Positions 1-10,059 are shown, counted from the first letter of the stretch. The stretch is DNA of 19,871 nucleotides from Oligoflexales bacterium (GCA_041736175.1 JBGSUI010000142.1:1-19871), one strand, 5' to 3'. Notes: generated from the letters alone by a model not told the origin. Translations and numbers: made by a program.

Positions 1-1
1 C

Positions 2-517
2 CTAGGGTCTGGAATGGACGGCATCAAGCTGGGAACCATGCTCAGGCAAAAGGCACCTGACCTGGCTATCATCTTATCAACCAGTGATATGTCGGTGAAA
101 AATGCATCGACCGTCTTTGACATGATTGTCGATAAAGATGCTTTCGAAGAGGCTCCAAAAATCACCAAGTACCTGGAAGACAAAGCCAGTGACGAGGACC
201 TCCAGTCACTGATGCGCAAAACCATAAGGGCTTTTGACGCCCATGCGCGAGATCTTGGAGAAAGTCCAGATTTCACGGCAATCATTGATTCACACATTAT
301 GTCTTGGGAATTTATGCTCAAAGATTTGGATCAAGCAGCCAAAGCCAAACTTAAAGGGTCCATGGCCAAAACAGAAAAAGATAAGTTAAAACACGACATC
401 AAAGCTTCCGTTACGAGGTTTAAGATACTTCTTAGAAACCTCGATCAAGGAGAGATGGACAGCCTTGGGGTACTCAGCAGTCTAAAATCCAGGGTGACCG
501 ACGCGGCAAAACATTGA
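2..517 (+). CDS. Receiver (REC) domain-containing protein, 5'-truncated by the window edge, with a helical C-terminal region
   Basis: The frame is open from base 2 (LGSG-MDGIKL...). 'MDG..L...LR...PDLAIILST...FDMIVDK' matches the alpha3/beta4(Thr/Ser)/beta5(Lys) half of a CheY-like receiver. The phospho-acceptor Asp would lie just outside the window. Confidence 0.65.
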   Translation, partial: LGSGMDGIKLGTMLRQKAPDLAIILSTSDMSVKNASTVFDMIVDKDAFEEAPKITKYLEDKASDEDLQSLMRKTIRAFDAHARDLGESPDFTAIIDSHIMSWEFMLKDLDQAAKAKLKGSMAKTEKDKLKHDIKASVTRFKILLRNLDQGEMDSLGVLSSLKSRVTDAAKH

Positions 518-541
518 AACTACTGGTTTTGAATTTAATCC

Positions 542-570
542 TTGACAAATATCGATCAATTTCCTACCCT
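542..570 (+). promoter_or_regulatory. sigma70-type promoter of the ilv leader/operon
   Basis: Perfect -35 TTGACA (542-547), 17-bp spacer, -10 TACCCT (565-570, TAnnnT), 20 nt upstream of the leader ATG. Confidence 0.7.
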
Positions 571-590
571 GGCTCCCTCTGGAGGTTTTA

Positions 591-662
591 ATGAGTTTTT
601 CCGTAAAATATCAAACTAGAATTGTGATTCGAAGCATTATTGTGGTCTGTCATAAGACCTAG
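591..662 (+). CDS. ilv operon attenuator leader peptide (23 aa, MSFSVKYQTRIVIRSIIVVCHKT)
   Basis: SD GGAGG at 581-585, ATG at 591, TAG at 660-662. Clustered Ile/Val codons (IVIRSIIVV) lie directly before alternative hairpins and a terminator upstream of ilvB. Confidence 0.85.
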   Translation: MSFSVKYQTRIVIRSIIVVCHKT

Positions 663-698
663 GTGATGCATTCTATATGCGAAAGCAACCCGGGTCTT
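644..698 (+). promoter_or_regulatory. Attenuator alternative structures (1:2 hairpin and 2:3 antiterminator)
   Basis: GGTCT (644-648) pairs with AGACC (655-659). Alternatively AAGACCTAGGT (654-664) pairs with ACCCGGGTCTT (688-698; one G-U, one mismatch), which sequesters the left arm of the terminator. Confidence 0.75.
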
Positions 699-719
699 CC
701 AAAGAGACCCGGGTTTTTT
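687..719 (+). terminator. Intrinsic terminator of the ilv attenuator
   Basis: 11-bp perfect stem AACCCGGGTCT (687-697) / AGACCCGGGTT (705-715), ending in a T-run (714-719) followed by GTTT. Confidence 0.9.
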
Positions 720-750
720 GTTTGGCTAGATTTTGGGTGAGTTTATCAAG

Positions 751-2511
751 ATGACTGATCAAGGAAACGTTAACATGGATGGCTTGATGCGAGGCGCCGA
801 TGCTCTAGTCAAAGAGCTTGAATCCCTAGGGGTTGAGTATATCTTCGGTTATCCCGGAGGGGCGGCCATCAATATTTTTGACGCTCTTTACCAATCATCG
901 ATCCAATTGATTTTGGTTCGCCACGAACAGGGGGCGACCCATATGGCAGATGGATATGCCCGAGCTTCGGGTAAAGTGGGAGTTGTTTTAGTGACGAGCG
1001 GTCCGGGAGCCCTTAATACGGTCACGGGGCTGTTAACCGCAAAAATGGATTCTGTTCCTCTCCTCGTGATCTGTGGACAAACCAACGCCACCAATCTTGG
1101 TAAAGATGCCTTCCAAGAAGCAGATGTGCTGGGTACTACGCTCCCTGTCGTTAAGCATAACCAGCTCGTTCTTGATGCCGCAGAGATTCCCACAGCGATA
1201 CGTGCATCCTACCGGCTTGCGGCAGAAGGTCGCCCTGGACCAGTCCTTCTAGATATTCCAAAAGATCTGACCTCCCAGATGATAGCCTATCCGGCCATGT
1301 CGCAAAAGAACGCGACCACTCTCAAAATCCCCCGAAGGCAAATCTGGAGCCCTCCATCCTGCTTTGACCAAGTTGCCAAGATGATCAACGAATCTCAAAA
1401 CCCGCTGCTCCTCGTCGGCCAAGGTGCCTTGATCAGCGGAGCAGCAGAGGAGATCAGACAGCTCGTCGATCTTTTAGATGTTCCCGTCGTGTATACCCTC
1501 CTCGCCAAAGGGCTCTTTTCTGATGAGGATCCCCGTAATTTAGGGATGCTAGGGATGCATGGGACTCCTCTTGCCAATCATGCGACGACGCGCTGCGATC
1601 TGCTGCTTTCCATAGGGAGTCGATTTGACGACCGGATCAACGGCGATCCTTCTGATTTCTGTCCCCTCGCCAAAATCCTCCATATCGATATCGATGCTGC
1701 GGAGATTGGCCGGACCATCGGTCTTTCGGGGTCGCTCCATGGGGATGCAAAACAAGTGCTTGTAGAGTTATTGCCGCAGCTTAAGCCGCAAAAAAACCCC
1801 CTTTGGTGGCAAGAATTAAAAGCCTTTCAGGTTCTTTATCCCCTCGAAAACTCCTGTGATCCAGCTCCTGAGGGATTTCTAAGAGCGATCGACGTGATCC
1901 TAGGGCTTAACCGCTGGACGAAACCCCAAAGCACGGTTGTCACCACAGATGTTGGGCAGCATCAAATGTGGGCGGCACAGTATACGATTTCCAGTCAGCC
2001 TAGGAACTGGTTGTCCTCAGGGGGCGCAGGTACCATGGGTTTTGGTTTTCCCGCAGCCATCGGAGCCCAGTTTGCCTGTCCCGAAAAGACGGTCGTGGCC
2101 GTGGTTGGGGATGGTGGGTTCCAGATGGTGTTAGGAGAACTCGCCACCGCTCAGATTCATAAATTGCCGCTGAAAATCGTCGTCATCGATAACCAGTGTC
2201 TCGGGATGGTGCGGCAGTGGCAGGAGCTCTTTTATGGGCAGAGATACTCTGGGATCGATCTCCATGGAAACCCGGATTTTGTGAAGTTGGCCGAGGCTTA
2301 TGGCATCAAAGCTTTTTATTTAGAAAACCAAAATCAATTAGACCCAGTCCTTAAAGAGGCTATGGCCTATGTGGATGGACCATGTCTGATCCATGCCAGG
2401 GTGATTCAAGAAGACAACGTTTGGCCCATGATTCCATCGGGTCGCTCGGCTCGGCATATGGTCCTCAGCCGGCCTTTGAAACCAATGGAAAGACCAACAG
2501 GGAGTACTTAA
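751..2511 (+). CDS. ilvB: Acetolactate synthase (AHAS) large catalytic subunit, biosynthetic type
   Basis: Motifs [44 protein letters not shown], ThDP motif GDGG...N, GMVRQWQ. The start is uncertain: TTG 733, ATG 751, or ATG 775 (which has AAGGA upstream). Confidence 0.95.
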   Translation: MTDQGNVNMDGLMRGADALVKELESLGVEYIFGYPGGAAINIFDALYQSSIQLILVRHEQGATHMADGYARASGKVGVVLVTSGPGALNTVTGLLTAKMDSVPLLVICGQTNATNLGKDAFQEADVLGTTLPVVKHNQLVLDAAEIPTAIRASYRLAAEGRPGPVLLDIPKDLTSQMIAYPAMSQKNATTLKIPRRQIWSPPSCFDQVAKMINESQNPLLLVGQGALISGAAEEIRQLVDLLDVPVVYTLLAKGLFSDEDPRNLGMLGMHGTPLANHATTRCDLLLSIGSRFDDRINGDPSDFCPLAKILHIDIDAAEIGRTIGLSGSLHGDAKQVLVELLPQLKPQKNPLWWQELKAFQVLYPLENSCDPAPEGFLRAIDVILGLNRWTKPQSTVVTTDVGQHQMWAAQYTISSQPRNWLSSGGAGTMGFGFPAAIGAQFACPEKTVVAVVGDGGFQMVLGELATAQIHKLPLKIVVIDNQCLGMVRQWQELFYGQRYSGIDLHGNPDFVKLAEAYGIKAFYLENQNQLDPVLKEAMAYVDGPCLIHARVIQEDNVWPMIPSGRSARHMVLSRPLKPMERPTGST

Positions 2512-2512
2512 G

Positions 2513-2872
2513 ATGGATTTAGCCACCGTAACCCAAAGCTCCCCTCTCACGGGACAGGGACCGCGAACCCAAAACTCTCCGGATGCTGAACCGTTGTCCT
2601 TAGACCACTTCCTAAGTCTGACGGTACGGCCAGAGCTTGCGATTCTCGGGCGGATCTCCTTGGTCTTTTCCAGGCGTGGGCTTCGAGTCCGTGAATTTAA
2701 CTACCATGAAGCAGGTCTCCATGGAAACCCGTTGGGCCAAGTCAAGATCCGCTTTAAGGGCAACGATGCTCAGCTCGATTCCGTAAAGCGGGAGCTTTCG
2801 AAAATCATAGATGTCATATCAGTTGGAACAACCGCAATTCAAGGTGACCTTCACAAAAGGAATAGTTTATGA
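2513..2872 (+). CDS. ilvN: AHAS small regulatory subunit, short single-ACT type, divergent
   Basis: Lies between ilvB and ilvC. ACT-like 'ILGRISLVFSRRG' and 'KRELSKIIDVISV'. ATGA overlap with ilvC. Confidence 0.8.
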   Translation: MDLATVTQSSPLTGQGPRTQNSPDAEPLSLDHFLSLTVRPELAILGRISLVFSRRGLRVREFNYHEAGLHGNPLGQVKIRFKGNDAQLDSVKRELSKIIDVISVGTTAIQGDLHKRNSL

Positions 2873-3903
2873 ATGAGAATCAGTTTAAAGTTTTTTACGA
2901 ACAAGATGCAGACCTCAATCTGATCCGCCAAAGAAAGGTTGCGATCATTGGGTTTGGGAGCCAAGGCCATGCCCATGCTCTCAATCTCAAAGATCTCGAA
3001 GTGGATGTGGTGGTGGGTCTGCAAGAGGGCAGCTCCTCTCGGGCTAAGGCAGAGTCCTCAGGTCTTAAAGTCCTCTCCACCCGCCAGGCGGCAGAGTGGG
3101 CGGATGTGATTATGATGTTGGTTCCCGATGAAGTGGCCCAGGATGTTTATCAGAAGGAGGTGCTTCCGGCCTTAAAACCAGGAAAAGTTCTGGCTTTTGC
3201 CCACGGCCTCAACGTCCATTTTGGAAAGATCGTGCCACCTGCAGGGGTGGGGGTTTTTCTCGCAGCTCCCAAAGGACCTGGACATATGGTGCGCCGCCAA
3301 TTCCAGCAAGGTCATGGGGTCCCAGGTCTTGTGGCTACCTTAGATACAGCTGACTCTGCGCTCCGAGCCTTGGCCCTTTCCTATGCTAAAGGGATTGGAG
3401 CGACCCGTGCAGGGGTCTTTGAGACCACCTTCAAAGAAGAAACCGAATCAGATCTTTTTGGCGAGCAGGCAGTCCTTTGTGGAGGGCTCACCCAGTTGAT
3501 GAAAGCTGGTTTTGAGACCCTTGTGGAAAATGGCTATAACCCCGTGATGGCCTACTTTGAATGTGTCCATGAAATGAAACTCATCGTCGACTTGATCTAC
3601 GAGGGTGGTTTGTCGCAGATGCGCCACTCCATTTCGAATACGGCAGAGTATGGGGATTATACGGTGGGGCCAAAGGTGATCGATCAGTCGATCAAACAGC
3701 GTATGTCTGAGGTTCTCAAGACGATTCAGCGCGGGGAGTTTGCCGAAGAATGGCTCGCCGAATCTAAGTCCGGTGGGGCGCGGTTCAAAGCACTCCGTAA
3801 ACAGGAGCAGGGCACCCTTATGGAAAGCATCGGTCATGATCTGCGCGAGCGCATGAGCTGCGTCTTGCCACAAGCCTCACAATCCCCAAAGACTTTGGTT
3901 TAA
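2869..3903 (+). CDS. ilvC: Ketol-acid reductoisomerase (class I)
   Basis: Rossmann motif [15 protein letters not shown], plus [47 protein letters not shown]. Confidence 0.97.
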   Translation: MNENQFKVFYEQDADLNLIRQRKVAIIGFGSQGHAHALNLKDLEVDVVVGLQEGSSSRAKAESSGLKVLSTRQAAEWADVIMMLVPDEVAQDVYQKEVLPALKPGKVLAFAHGLNVHFGKIVPPAGVGVFLAAPKGPGHMVRRQFQQGHGVPGLVATLDTADSALRALALSYAKGIGATRAGVFETTFKEETESDLFGEQAVLCGGLTQLMKAGFETLVENGYNPVMAYFECVHEMKLIVDLIYEGGLSQMRHSISNTAEYGDYTVGPKVIDQSIKQRMSEVLKTIQRGEFAEEWLAESKSGGARFKALRKQEQGTLMESIGHDLRERMSCVLPQASQSPKTLV

Positions 3904-3907
3904 ACAT

Positions 3908-5608
3908 ATGGAAAACAAACAAGATCCCCAAGGGGGCCAGCCCTCAAACCGCTATAGCCGGACAATCACCCAAGACAGCAGCCATGGTGCGGGCCAGGCT
4001 ATGTTGATGGGCGCAGGGTTGACCCTAAGTGATTTTTCAAAAGCCCAAGTGGGCATCGTTGCCCAATGGTTTGAGGGAAATCCTTGCAATATGCATCTTG
4101 GTGATCTTGCTGAGGTCGTCAAAAAAAGCGTGAGGGACGCAGGGCATGTGGGACTGCGGTTTCACACGATTGGTGTCAGCGATGGGATCTCTATGGGGAC
4201 TTCGGGGATGTCCTATTCGCTTCCGTCCCGAGATCTGATCGCCGATTCCATTGAAACCGTCGTCAGCGCCCAGTGGCATGACGGGGTGGTGGCTATCCCC
4301 GGGTGTGACAAAAACATGCCAGGGTCGATGATTGCCTTGGGTCGTCTTAACCGGCCTGGGTTTGTGATCTATGGTGGTTCTACAAAGCCTGGACGACGGA
4401 AGGAGGGAGAGCGGCTCGATGTGGTCTCTGCCTTCCAGTCCTATGGCCAAAAGGTCTCGGGAAAAATCGATGATGCTGAGCGGCAGTCGATCATCAGCCA
4501 CGCCTGTCCTGGAAAAGGCTCTTGTGGGGGCATGTACACAGCAAACACCATGGCCTGTGCCATTGAGGCCATGGGTATGAGTTTGCCCTACTCATCGTCG
4601 ATCCCTGCTGATGATCCCCGCAAACTCGAAGAGTGCCGCAAGGCGGGAGAGGTGATGACGCGGCTTTTTGCTATGCAGCTGCTTCCTCGCGATCTCATGA
4701 CACGGAAAGCCTTTGAAAATGCCATCGCCATCACCATGGCCCTAGGTGGGTCGACCAACGCAGTGCTCCATCTTTTGGCGATGGCCCATAGTGTGGGAGT
4801 AGCACTTACCCTCGACGATTTTAACCATATGGCTTTGAAAGTTCCTTTTCTGGCAGATTTAAAACCTAGCGGTGTTTACCTGATGAACGATCTCTACCAA
4901 TCAGGAGGAACTCCAGGGGTTTTAAAGCTGCTTTTACGCCATGGACTCATTCATGGCGATATCATGACCATTACGGGACAGACCATGGAGCAAACCCTGC
5001 AGGACCTCCCCGACTTGACTCCTGGCCAAAAGATTGTTCGGTCGCCCGAAACTCCGCTAGCTCCCCAGGGACACATCAAGATTCTCAAAGGAAACCTCGC
5101 GCCCCAAGGGGCCGTCGCTAAAATCACGGGTAAAGAAGGGCCCTTTTTTAGGGGGACCGCTCGGGTTTTCCGAGGTGAGGAGGCCATGCTGCGAGCCCTC
5201 GCATCCTCCCAAATCAAAAAGGGAGATGTGATCGTGATTCGCTATGTGGGACCCTGCGGCGGCCCAGGAATGCCCGAGATGCTGCGACCCACCGCCGCCC
5301 TGGTCGGTGCGGGGCTGCACGAGGATGTGGCCTTGATCACCGATGGTCGGTTTTCAGGAGGTTCCCACGGGTTTATCGTCGGCCACGTCTGTCCAGAAGC
5401 CCAGCTTGGCGGGCCTATCGCCCTGGTCGAAGACGGAGATATGATCTCTATCGATGCAGGAAAGCTTGAGATCCACCTGCATGTGGACGAGGAAACCTTG
5501 CAACATCGCAAATCCCAGTGGTCTCCCCCCCCGCAACACCTATCGGGAGTCCTTAAGCGCTATGTGCAGTCGGTCTCTTCTGCAGCGGAGGGATGTATAA
5601 CCGGGTGA
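3908..5608 (+). CDS. ilvD: Dihydroxy-acid dehydratase
   Basis: Motifs [64 protein letters not shown]. Confidence 0.97.
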   Translation: MENKQDPQGGQPSNRYSRTITQDSSHGAGQAMLMGAGLTLSDFSKAQVGIVAQWFEGNPCNMHLGDLAEVVKKSVRDAGHVGLRFHTIGVSDGISMGTSGMSYSLPSRDLIADSIETVVSAQWHDGVVAIPGCDKNMPGSMIALGRLNRPGFVIYGGSTKPGRRKEGERLDVVSAFQSYGQKVSGKIDDAERQSIISHACPGKGSCGGMYTANTMACAIEAMGMSLPYSSSIPADDPRKLEECRKAGEVMTRLFAMQLLPRDLMTRKAFENAIAITMALGGSTNAVLHLLAMAHSVGVALTLDDFNHMALKVPFLADLKPSGVYLMNDLYQSGGTPGVLKLLLRHGLIHGDIMTITGQTMEQTLQDLPDLTPGQKIVRSPETPLAPQGHIKILKGNLAPQGAVAKITGKEGPFFRGTARVFRGEEAMLRALASSQIKKGDVIVIRYVGPCGGPGMPEMLRPTAALVGAGLHEDVALITDGRFSGGSHGFIVGHVCPEAQLGGPIALVEDGDMISIDAGKLEIHLHVDEETLQHRKSQWSPPPQHLSGVLKRYVQSVSSAAEGCITG

Positions 5609-5729
5609 GGTGGTTGAGACAATCTAGAAAAATCATCATGATATGCCTTTTTTGCTTATGCCGACGGAGTGTTTAGCCGATGTCATATGGGGGTCCGTTG
5701 AAGGTTAACTACAAAGGCGACCATGATTG

Positions 5730-7016
5730 ATGAAAAAGCTTAAAACCGCCTATCTTAATCTTAGAAATTACTTTAATGAAGGACTGGAAGATAGCCGGTT
5801 TGACTCTGTCCATAAAAATATAACCACGAAAATAATCATACCGGCCATAGGCATTCCTTCATTGCTGCTGATTCTCGCCTGCTTCAGTTTGGAGCCTACA
5901 GTTCTTTTTGCGATTGGCATGCATATCGTTGTGGCCGGGACTAATATTTATTTGACTAAAGAAAATCGGATTTTTAAGATCTTTGGACGGACCATGAGAT
6001 CGAGAGATGACCACTTTGATTTTATGAGATGGTCCGTTAATTTGATCCTTTTAGACCCGATACTCTACTATCTTCTAAACCCGACCCAATCGATCCATTT
6101 TTCAAGCTGGACCATGCTGACGGTCGCGGCTCTTATCGATACCTTTAAGAAAACCTACCGCATTCGGGTGGTCGTTATTGCCGCGGTTATGTTTTTTATA
6201 TCCCACTCGGTCATTTTTCCTTCCGTGCGTATCGTCGAAACTTTGCTTTTGACCTCAGTGATGTGCTCCTTCGTCTTTGTGGTTTGGGCTATCGAATCTC
6301 GATTTTTGGTGAGTATGATCAAAGTAGCGGAAAAGACCGAACAGGTTTTGAAGCAGGAGCTTGAGATGGAAAGAATCGAGTCCGAAGCAGCCTTCGGCAG
6401 ACAGCTCCGCACCATCTCCCATGAGATCAACAATATTTTGGCGATTATCTCTATGTCCGAATCTGATAGCCAATCAGATATCATGCGAAGGGCGGTCCTA
6501 AAACTAAAGACCATAAGTTCCCTGGTTCTCGAAGGATCATCGACAACGAGGAAAAAAACCAAGATATCCGTCGAAACACTCCTGGAGGAGGTCAGGATCC
6601 TCATTAAGCCTATGGCCACTCATGAAGGCTGCCAATGGCAGGAAGAGATAGACCCTCAAATTAGTGGGTGTGAATTCGAGGAGTTTGCCGGCGCCTCGTT
6701 TTTGATTCTCCAAAATCTGGTCAAAAACGCAGTCGAAGAGCTTTCTGGAAAGTCTGGAGTGATCACTTTCGAGGTTAAAAAAGTAAATGCCAACGTCATC
6801 TTCAAAATAAAAGATAACGGAGGTGGGCTTTCCCAAAACCCCTTTTTGGATATCCAATCAAATGCCACCACAAAAGCTTCCGGTCACGGTATAGGGCTAA
6901 AATTTGTGCACCGCGAAGCCCAAAAGAGCGGATTCGAAATCGGATGTCATCCAGGGTTTAAGACAGGGGCATCTTTTTGGGTTGCGGCCCCGTTGGTCTC
7001 TCGCCTGGCTGCTTGA
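5730..7016 (+). CDS. Membrane-bound sensor histidine kinase
   Basis: N-terminal ~190 aa with several hydrophobic helices. H-box SHEINN, N-box NLVKNA, G1 DNGGG, G2 GHGIGL. ATG 5730 directly follows TTG 5727. Confidence 0.85.
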   Translation: MKKLKTAYLNLRNYFNEGLEDSRFDSVHKNITTKIIIPAIGIPSLLLILACFSLEPTVLFAIGMHIVVAGTNIYLTKENRIFKIFGRTMRSRDDHFDFMRWSVNLILLDPILYYLLNPTQSIHFSSWTMLTVAALIDTFKKTYRIRVVVIAAVMFFISHSVIFPSVRIVETLLLTSVMCSFVFVVWAIESRFLVSMIKVAEKTEQVLKQELEMERIESEAAFGRQLRTISHEINNILAIISMSESDSQSDIMRRAVLKLKTISSLVLEGSSTTRKKTKISVETLLEEVRILIKPMATHEGCQWQEEIDPQISGCEFEEFAGASFLILQNLVKNAVEELSGKSGVITFEVKKVNANVIFKIKDNGGGLSQNPFLDIQSNATTKASGHGIGLKFVHREAQKSGFEIGCHPGFKTGASFWVAAPLVSRLAA

Positions 7017-8137
7017 TTCATAGGGTTTACTTGCCCTCGCGGTAGAGTCACCGTAAAAGTCGTTCCTGAGACTTCATTCGATTCCACATCGATATCTCCT
7101 CCATGGGACATCACGATTTCACTAGCGATATAGAGGCCAAGACCTAGCCCTTGGCTGTTTTTATCAGGGCATTTCCCTCCTGCTTGGTAACGAGCCATCG
7201 GCATAAAAATGGTATTGAGAGCCGTTTCAGGAATCGGTAACCCTTCGTTATGGACCTTCAATAGGATCTCTGGTCCCTGCTCCCTAACCTCAATGCCTAC
7301 AGGCTTTCCAGTCTCCCCATATTGCAACGCATTGGAAACGAGGTTTGAGACCACTTGTGCGATACGGTCACTATCCCATTCTCCCCGTAGATCCCCCGAG
7401 GGCTTGAAACAAAGAGGTGTCTTGGGGTGGCTGCGCTGGAGTTCTGCTATGACTTGAAGACATACCGAAGCCAAGTCCATGGGCTTCTTAGTCACGGGTA
7501 TGCCTGCCCCAAGGCGCGTGCGGGTAAAATCTAAGAGGTCACTTACCATGCGATTCATACGCTCTGCGGCCCCAAGGATCAGATGTATGATCTTTACGGG
7601 ATCGTGGATCTCAGAGTCCTTGAGGAGATTGGCTCCCATAATGATCGCGCCCAGCGGGCTCCGTAGGTCGTGGCTAAGGATCGCTAGGAATTGCTCTCGG
7701 GTATGATCGACTATTTCCGTGTACCGACATATGGATGTCGCCAGGGTCTCGTCAATGGCCTCGTTGAATCGGGTCACTTCGCCTGTTTCGCTCCCCTTGG
7801 ATTTTTCCCACTGCTGGAGCACGCTGGTGCGAAGGGCCCGGAACTCTGAGACGAGCTGTTTGAGGCTAAGCCCTGATTCCAGGCGATCAGAGGCATGTTT
7901 TTTCCCTACTCTTGCGAGGGTTCCGTCCGCAGTTTGCCCCTTCGACTTAGCGGACTGCCGGAGTTTGGTCTGGGGTGATTTCATATCGTCAACGACGGCG
8001 ACAAGGAGTTCTTTGGCATGATCCAAAAGCTCTTTTTCGCTTGACCCCTCGGCCCACGGCAGCATAGAGCCTGCGAATTCTACCCACCCCTTCAATATGC
8101 TCTGATGGTTTGCTTCTATGAATGATGTAAGTTGCAT
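6947..8137 (-). CDS. Cytoplasmic sensor histidine kinase with an RsbRD_N-like N-terminal domain
   Basis: N-terminus 'LTSFIEANHQSILKGW...H...R...G.....LVSEFRALR...RFNEAID' is typical of RsbRD_N kinases. H-box LSHDLRSPL, N-box NLVSNA, HNEG, G2 GLGLGL. Confidence 0.88.
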   Translation of the reverse strand: MQLTSFIEANHQSILKGWVEFAGSMLPWAEGSSEKELLDHAKELLVAVVDDMKSPQTKLRQSAKSKGQTADGTLARVGKKHASDRLESGLSLKQLVSEFRALRTSVLQQWEKSKGSETGEVTRFNEAIDETLATSICRYTEIVDHTREQFLAILSHDLRSPLGAIIMGANLLKDSEIHDPVKIIHLILGAAERMNRMVSDLLDFTRTRLGAGIPVTKKPMDLASVCLQVIAELQRSHPKTPLCFKPSGDLRGEWDSDRIAQVVSNLVSNALQYGETGKPVGIEVREQGPEILLKVHNEGLPIPETALNTIFMPMARYQAGGKCPDKNSQGLGLGLYIASEIVMSHGGDIDVESNEVSGTTFTVTLPRGQVNPMNQAARRETNGAATQKDAPVLNPG

Positions 8138-8177
8138 AGACGAACCTATCTTTCTTGCGCAGGCCCTTGCCGTCTGA

Positions 8178-9245
8178 TTAAGAGTTCCGACCGATACAGT
8201 TGAGTTCTAAAAAGGCCTGCTCCAGGCGTTTACTAAACTCTTGCTGGCCATGCCGTAGCCATACCCGAGGATCGTAGTACTTCTTGTTGGGTTTATCGTC
8301 CCCTTCAGGATTGCCGATTTGGCCCTGTAGATAGTCTTTTTTAGAGGCAGCAAAGAGCCTCACTCCATTCCAAAAGGCCCATTGCAAATCAGTGTCGATG
8401 TTCATCTTGACGACACCATAGGAGAGGGCTTCTTTGATCTCGGCGGGTGTTGAGCCAGATCCACCATGGAACACAAAGTCCACGGGTTTTGGCCCGGTTT
8501 TCCTTTGGGTCTGGATATAGTCCTGGGAGTTTTTTAGGATCTTTGGGGTTAATTTTACATTGCCGGGTTTGTAGACCCCATGGACGTTACCAAAGGAGGC
8601 GGCAATGGAGAAATGGTTGGAAACTTTTGAGAGCTCGTCATAGGCAAAGCAGACGTCTTCGGGCTGGGTGTAGAGTTTTGCGTGATCCACATCAGAGTGA
8701 TCGACTCCATCTTCTTCCCCGCCGGTGACCCCGAGTTCGATCTCGATCGAGGTTTCGATGGCTTTCATGCGCTTAAGATAGCCGGCGCAGGTCGCGATGT
8801 TTTCTTTGATCGGATCCTCGGAAAGGTCGAGCATATGGGAGCTAAATAGAGGCTTCTTAAAGGCGGCAAAATGCTCCTCTCCCGCCTTGAGGAGACCGTC
8901 AATCCAAGGTAAGAGTTTTCGAGCGGCATGGTCTGTATGAAGGACGACAGTTACGCCATAGGCTTCAGCCAAAAGATGAACATGGCGAGCACCTGAGATG
9001 GCCCCTAAAATCGCGGCCTTTTCTTTTTCGTTGCCGAGGCCTTTACCGGCATAGAAAGCTGATCCACCGTTTGAAAGCTGTATAATAACTGGCGAATTTA
9101 CTTTTTTAGCCGTTTCGAGGACGCCGTTGATGGTGTCCGTCCCGGTGACATTGATCGCCGGAAGTGCGTATTGGTTGCTTTTCGCATGTTGGTAAAGCTC
9201 TTTGAGATCGTTGCCGTAAATCACACCTTTTTTAAAACCAGCCAT
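8178..9245 (-). CDS. fbaA: Class II fructose-bisphosphate aldolase (type A)
   Basis: Motifs HTDH, SSHMLDLS, ELGVTGGEED, FGNVHG, VFHGGSG, KMNIDTD, PNKKYYDPR. SD GGAGGG upstream. Confidence 0.97.
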   Translation of the reverse strand: MAGFKKGVIYGNDLKELYQHAKSNQYALPAINVTGTDTINGVLETAKKVNSPVIIQLSNGGSAFYAGKGLGNEKEKAAILGAISGARHVHLLAEAYGVTVVLHTDHAARKLLPWIDGLLKAGEEHFAAFKKPLFSSHMLDLSEDPIKENIATCAGYLKRMKAIETSIEIELGVTGGEEDGVDHSDVDHAKLYTQPEDVCFAYDELSKVSNHFSIAASFGNVHGVYKPGNVKLTPKILKNSQDYIQTQRKTGPKPVDFVFHGGSGSTPAEIKEALSYGVVKMNIDTDLQWAFWNGVRLFAASKKDYLQGQIGNPEGDDKPNKKYYDPRVWLRHGQQEFSKRLEQAFLELNCIGRNS

Positions 9246-9346
9246 AGTCGCCCTCCGAGTTGTTAAGCCAAGGCGCTATCCGGCTGAAAAGGTCAGATTG
9301 GATACCGCCTAAGGCGGTCCATCATTGGTTTTTCTAGAGCTTTTGT

Positions 9347-10003
9347 CTAGTGTTTCCTGCGGAATCTGCGGTACACCCAGCGGCCCAAAAACAGCAGAGC
9401 TACGACGGAAAGTGCGGCTAAGAGATAGATTTTGCCCGTCTTTAGAGACTCTAGGATGTCATGGCCATAGTGGCCAATCAATAGGATTTGGGTGGGGACG
9501 CTGATTAAGACAGCAAATCCATCGATAGCCATAAACTGCAAGGGGGTCACCCCCAAAAGACCACAGGCGAAATGTCCCGGAAAGCGAAGGCCAGGGGTAA
9601 ATCGAAAGATTCCAGAAGCCCACTTTCCGTAACGGTTGGTCCATTCCATCACCTTATCCATACGGGAGAGCTGTCTCTCCAACCAAGGGATTTTATGGAG
9701 CCAAGGACCAGAATGGCGACCAAGAAAATAGACAAGAAAATCAGATAAAAAGACACTTAAGGTCGCAATGATGGCGGCGAGGTAGAGATTGACAACAGGG
9801 GCGCCCGGATAAGGTGGCGGATAGAGATCGGGCCGGCTTCCCATATAGGCGACAAGACCAGTCGACAAGAGGGTGATTTCCTCTGGGATCGGCACGCCAA
9901 AACTCGACAGAAACATAAAGACGACGATGGCACCATAAACAAGCCAGGGTTGGTAGGCGTACTGGCTAAACCATTGGAGGATTTGGTCTTCCGTGAGTCC
10001 CAT
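9347..10003 (-). CDS. DedA/VTT family membrane protein
   Basis: Motifs GVPIPEE, DFLVYFLGR, RFTPGLR, ACG, with hydrophobic helices. Confidence 0.9.
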   Translation of the reverse strand: MGLTEDQILQWFSQYAYQPWLVYGAIVVFMFLSSFGVPIPEEITLLSTGLVAYMGSRPDLYPPPYPGAPVVNLYLAAIIATLSVFLSDFLVYFLGRHSGPWLHKIPWLERQLSRMDKVMEWTNRYGKWASGIFRFTPGLRFPGHFACGLLGVTPLQFMAIDGFAVLISVPTQILLIGHYGHDILESLKTGKIYLLAALSVVALLFLGRWVYRRFRRKH

Positions 10004-10059
10004 GGCATCGTCTTTAGGTGAACGTCTTTGAGTTCAAAAAAAAAGGGTATCATCTCTTA

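Noticed and set aside
3016..3039. IlvC cofactor loop GLQEGSSS lacks the usual Arg (possible NADH preference)
   Set aside because: Both terminal Ser residues are retained, there are no acidic replacements at those positions, and Arg-less loops occur in ordinary KARIs.
5662..5700. Stem CGACGGA/TCCGTTG in the ilvD-kinase spacer as a riboswitch, and GCCGAT as a sigma28 -10
   Set aside because: No recognisable aptamer core or U-tract, and no matching TAAA -35 at the proper spacing.
9304..9318. Inverted repeat ACCGCC-TAA-GGCGGT between dedA and fbaA as a terminator
   Set aside because: There is no adjacent U-run on either strand. It may be an mRNA stability hairpin but cannot be called.
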